Part shown: piece by piece, positions 62,433 through 64,000 of the stretch
How positions within the stretch are numbered: position 1 is the first letter of the stretch
Layout: every line of letters begins with the position of its first letter
Notes under the pieces: generated by a model
Database searches by the model: none
Told to the model about the DNA's origin: nothing
Seen by the model: the letters and a program-made list of their open reading frames with translations, nothing else
Assembly (NCBI GenBank): GCA_963706575.1
Contig: CAVPNL010000003.1
Span: 192,001-256,000, forward strand
DNA length: 64,000 nucleotides
Direction: 5' to 3'
Source: an uncultured delta proteobacterium
GTDB lineage: Bacteria; Desulfobacterota; Desulfobacteria; Desulfobacterales; JAHEIW01
Made by a program: the position numbers and the translations under genes

Positions 62433-64000
62433 TTAAGCGAAATAATCAATGGCCGTCTCCGCCATTGGATCGCCATCCCATGATTGCGTTTGACCGGGCT
62501 CTTCAGAAGACCCATCATCGGAATCGGTGCCATTTTTCACCGCCTGAAGCTTGGCAGTTGCGGCGTTTTTATGCAAATCACCCTTCGCATGGGAGTCATG
62601 GGCCACGGATACTTCCAGTTCGTCAATATCCAGACCCTGAGCCTGCAAATCGGCCTTTAATTGATGTAAATTGTTTTCGAGCATATCCTTGACGAATGGA
62701 AGCTCGGCCACCATTTTGATGGCGACCTGCTGGCCTTCGCTAATAATCTGCATCCGAATATGCCCTAAAAAGTCCGGTTTCAGATGGAGCTGAACCTCAT
62801 GTTGCCCGTTGTGAAGCGAAAGCGCGGCTTTTTGAACGATTTGATTCAGGGTCTGGGGCATCAGGCTGCGCGAGGCGGCTTCGGATGATTGTGCGCCATT
62901 TTCAAGCTTAGCCAGATGTTGCGGCAGCTGATCCTGTGAAAACAAGAAGCCGCTGTCCTTGCTGTCGCCATCGATCTGGCTGATTTTGTTGCCAAGTTCA
63001 TGAACCGGCAACATCTCGCTTTTTTGAAGAGCGCTTTTGATTCCGAAAACCTCTTCCGGCGTTTTGACGGTAATACCTTCATTGGCTGAATTCGGATTGA
63101 CCGGTTGATCCACAGCGGCTTTGAGCGCCGCCTGAATCTTTAACGGCTGAGAATTTTCACTCATCTGCCGGACCTGCGCTTCCAGAAGGGTTTCAGAATT
63201 TGAATCGCCGGTTGCCCAGGATGATAAACTGCCGTCATGGCCGGCGGCCGCTATTTTAGCATTTTCGGATATACTGGTTTGTGCTGACTGAAACAGTGCT
63301 GTCAATCTATCAAGAAGTACTCCATCTAAATGGGCCCCTTCCTGGCCGGCAGCCATTTTCGGACCCTGCGAACTGCCGGTATCCGGATTTAACCCCCATG
63401 CGGCGCCGGTCGTCCCAATTCCCAGCATCTGCAGCAGGGGGTTCAGGGGTGCATTCCCATTGATGCCGGATGATTCTGGCTGACCGTTTATGGTCCCCTC
63501 CTGGGCAGTTGATGCTGATGGGAACATCCACTGCCAGAATCCAAAAAACTGGCCAGGATTGCCCATGCGCCCGGCGCCGTCCTGATAGTGACTGGCCCTG
63601 ACGGCAATCTGTTCAAAGAGAGACCAGTTGGTCGCTTCCGGTGAAATATTGGCCTGCAACTGCTCAAACGGGCCGATACCCAATTGCTCACCCTCAACCG
63701 GCGGCTTTTGAGGATGCCGATTTACGATCAAAGCGGCAAGTATAGACAAATCTGACTCGGTGGGTAGGCCGGATGGCGGTCCCGCCGCTAAAGAACCATC
63801 TTCCGCGATGGAAACATTCATCCGATAGGCAGGCATCAAACCGAATGTCTGCGGCGGTTTAATGGCCTCAGGGGTTTCTTTGGACACGGGCGCTTGATTT
63901 TCTTCAATATGATCATTAGAAGAAACTGTGGTTTTGCTCATTTTTTGCGTTGATGCTGAATCCGTATCCGACTCCCGGGATGTTACCGCCGGTTTCTCTG
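62433..64000 (-). CDS. fliK: Hook-length control protein (5' end outside the window)
   Basis: LHLKPDFLGHI...L+NNL.QL C-domain; frame is open to the window edge. Confidence 0.88.
   Translation of the reverse strand, partial: EKPAVTSRESDTDSASTQKMSKTTVSSNDHIEENQAPVSKETPEAIKPPQTFGLMPAYRMNVSIAEDGSLAAGPPSGLPTESDLSILAALIVNRHPQKPPVEGEQLGIGPFEQLQANISPEATNWSLFEQIAVRASHYQDGAGRMGNPGQFFGFWQWMFPSASTAQEGTINGQPESSGINGNAPLNPLLQMLGIGTTGAAWGLNPDTGSSQGPKMAAGQEGAHLDGVLLDRLTALFQSAQTSISENAKIAAAGHDGSLSSWATGDSNSETLLEAQVRQMSENSQPLKIQAALKAAVDQPVNPNSANEGITVKTPEEVFGIKSALQKSEMLPVHELGNKISQIDGDSKDSGFLFSQDQLPQHLAKLENGAQSSEAASRSLMPQTLNQIVQKAALSLHNGQHEVQLHLKPDFLGHIRMQIISEGQQVAIKMVAELPFVKDMLENNLHQLKADLQAQGLDIDELEVSVAHDSHAKGDLHKNAATAKLQAVKNGTDSDDGSSEEPGQTQSWDGDPMAETAIDYFA

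Overview
The window looks like chromosome from a Desulfobacterales-like deltaproteobacterium, inferred from gene order and protein families. 1-22 kb is housekeeping: pgsA (partial), folK, dapF, lysA, argHGFDB, hslUV, xerC, nfeD/SPFH, UDG, coaBC and the nucleotide-sugar genes fcl, gmd and uxs. tRNA-Arg(CCT), an ADP-ribosylglycohydrolase and rfbCD follow. 26.5-34.8 kb is a signalling block: sigma54 activator, lone receiver, PilZ protein, MBL hydrolase and two HDOD genes. 34.8-64 kb is a flagellar cluster on the minus strand (fliK to flgL). Main observations: (1) a candidate ~83-nt sigma54-driven sRNA with anti-Shine-Dalgarno motifs and its own terminator at 32504-32586; (2) FlhF fused to an Ada-type metal-binding domain; (3) one MotA with two MotBs, one lacking the essential Asp; (4) no flgM before flgN and no csrA/fliW after flgL, with a CheD-HDOD-HDOD cassette inserted between flgN and flgK; (5) many intergenic inverted tandem-microrepeat elements and two related MITE-like elements; (6) seven frameshifts, all +1 insertions, most likely sequencing errors.
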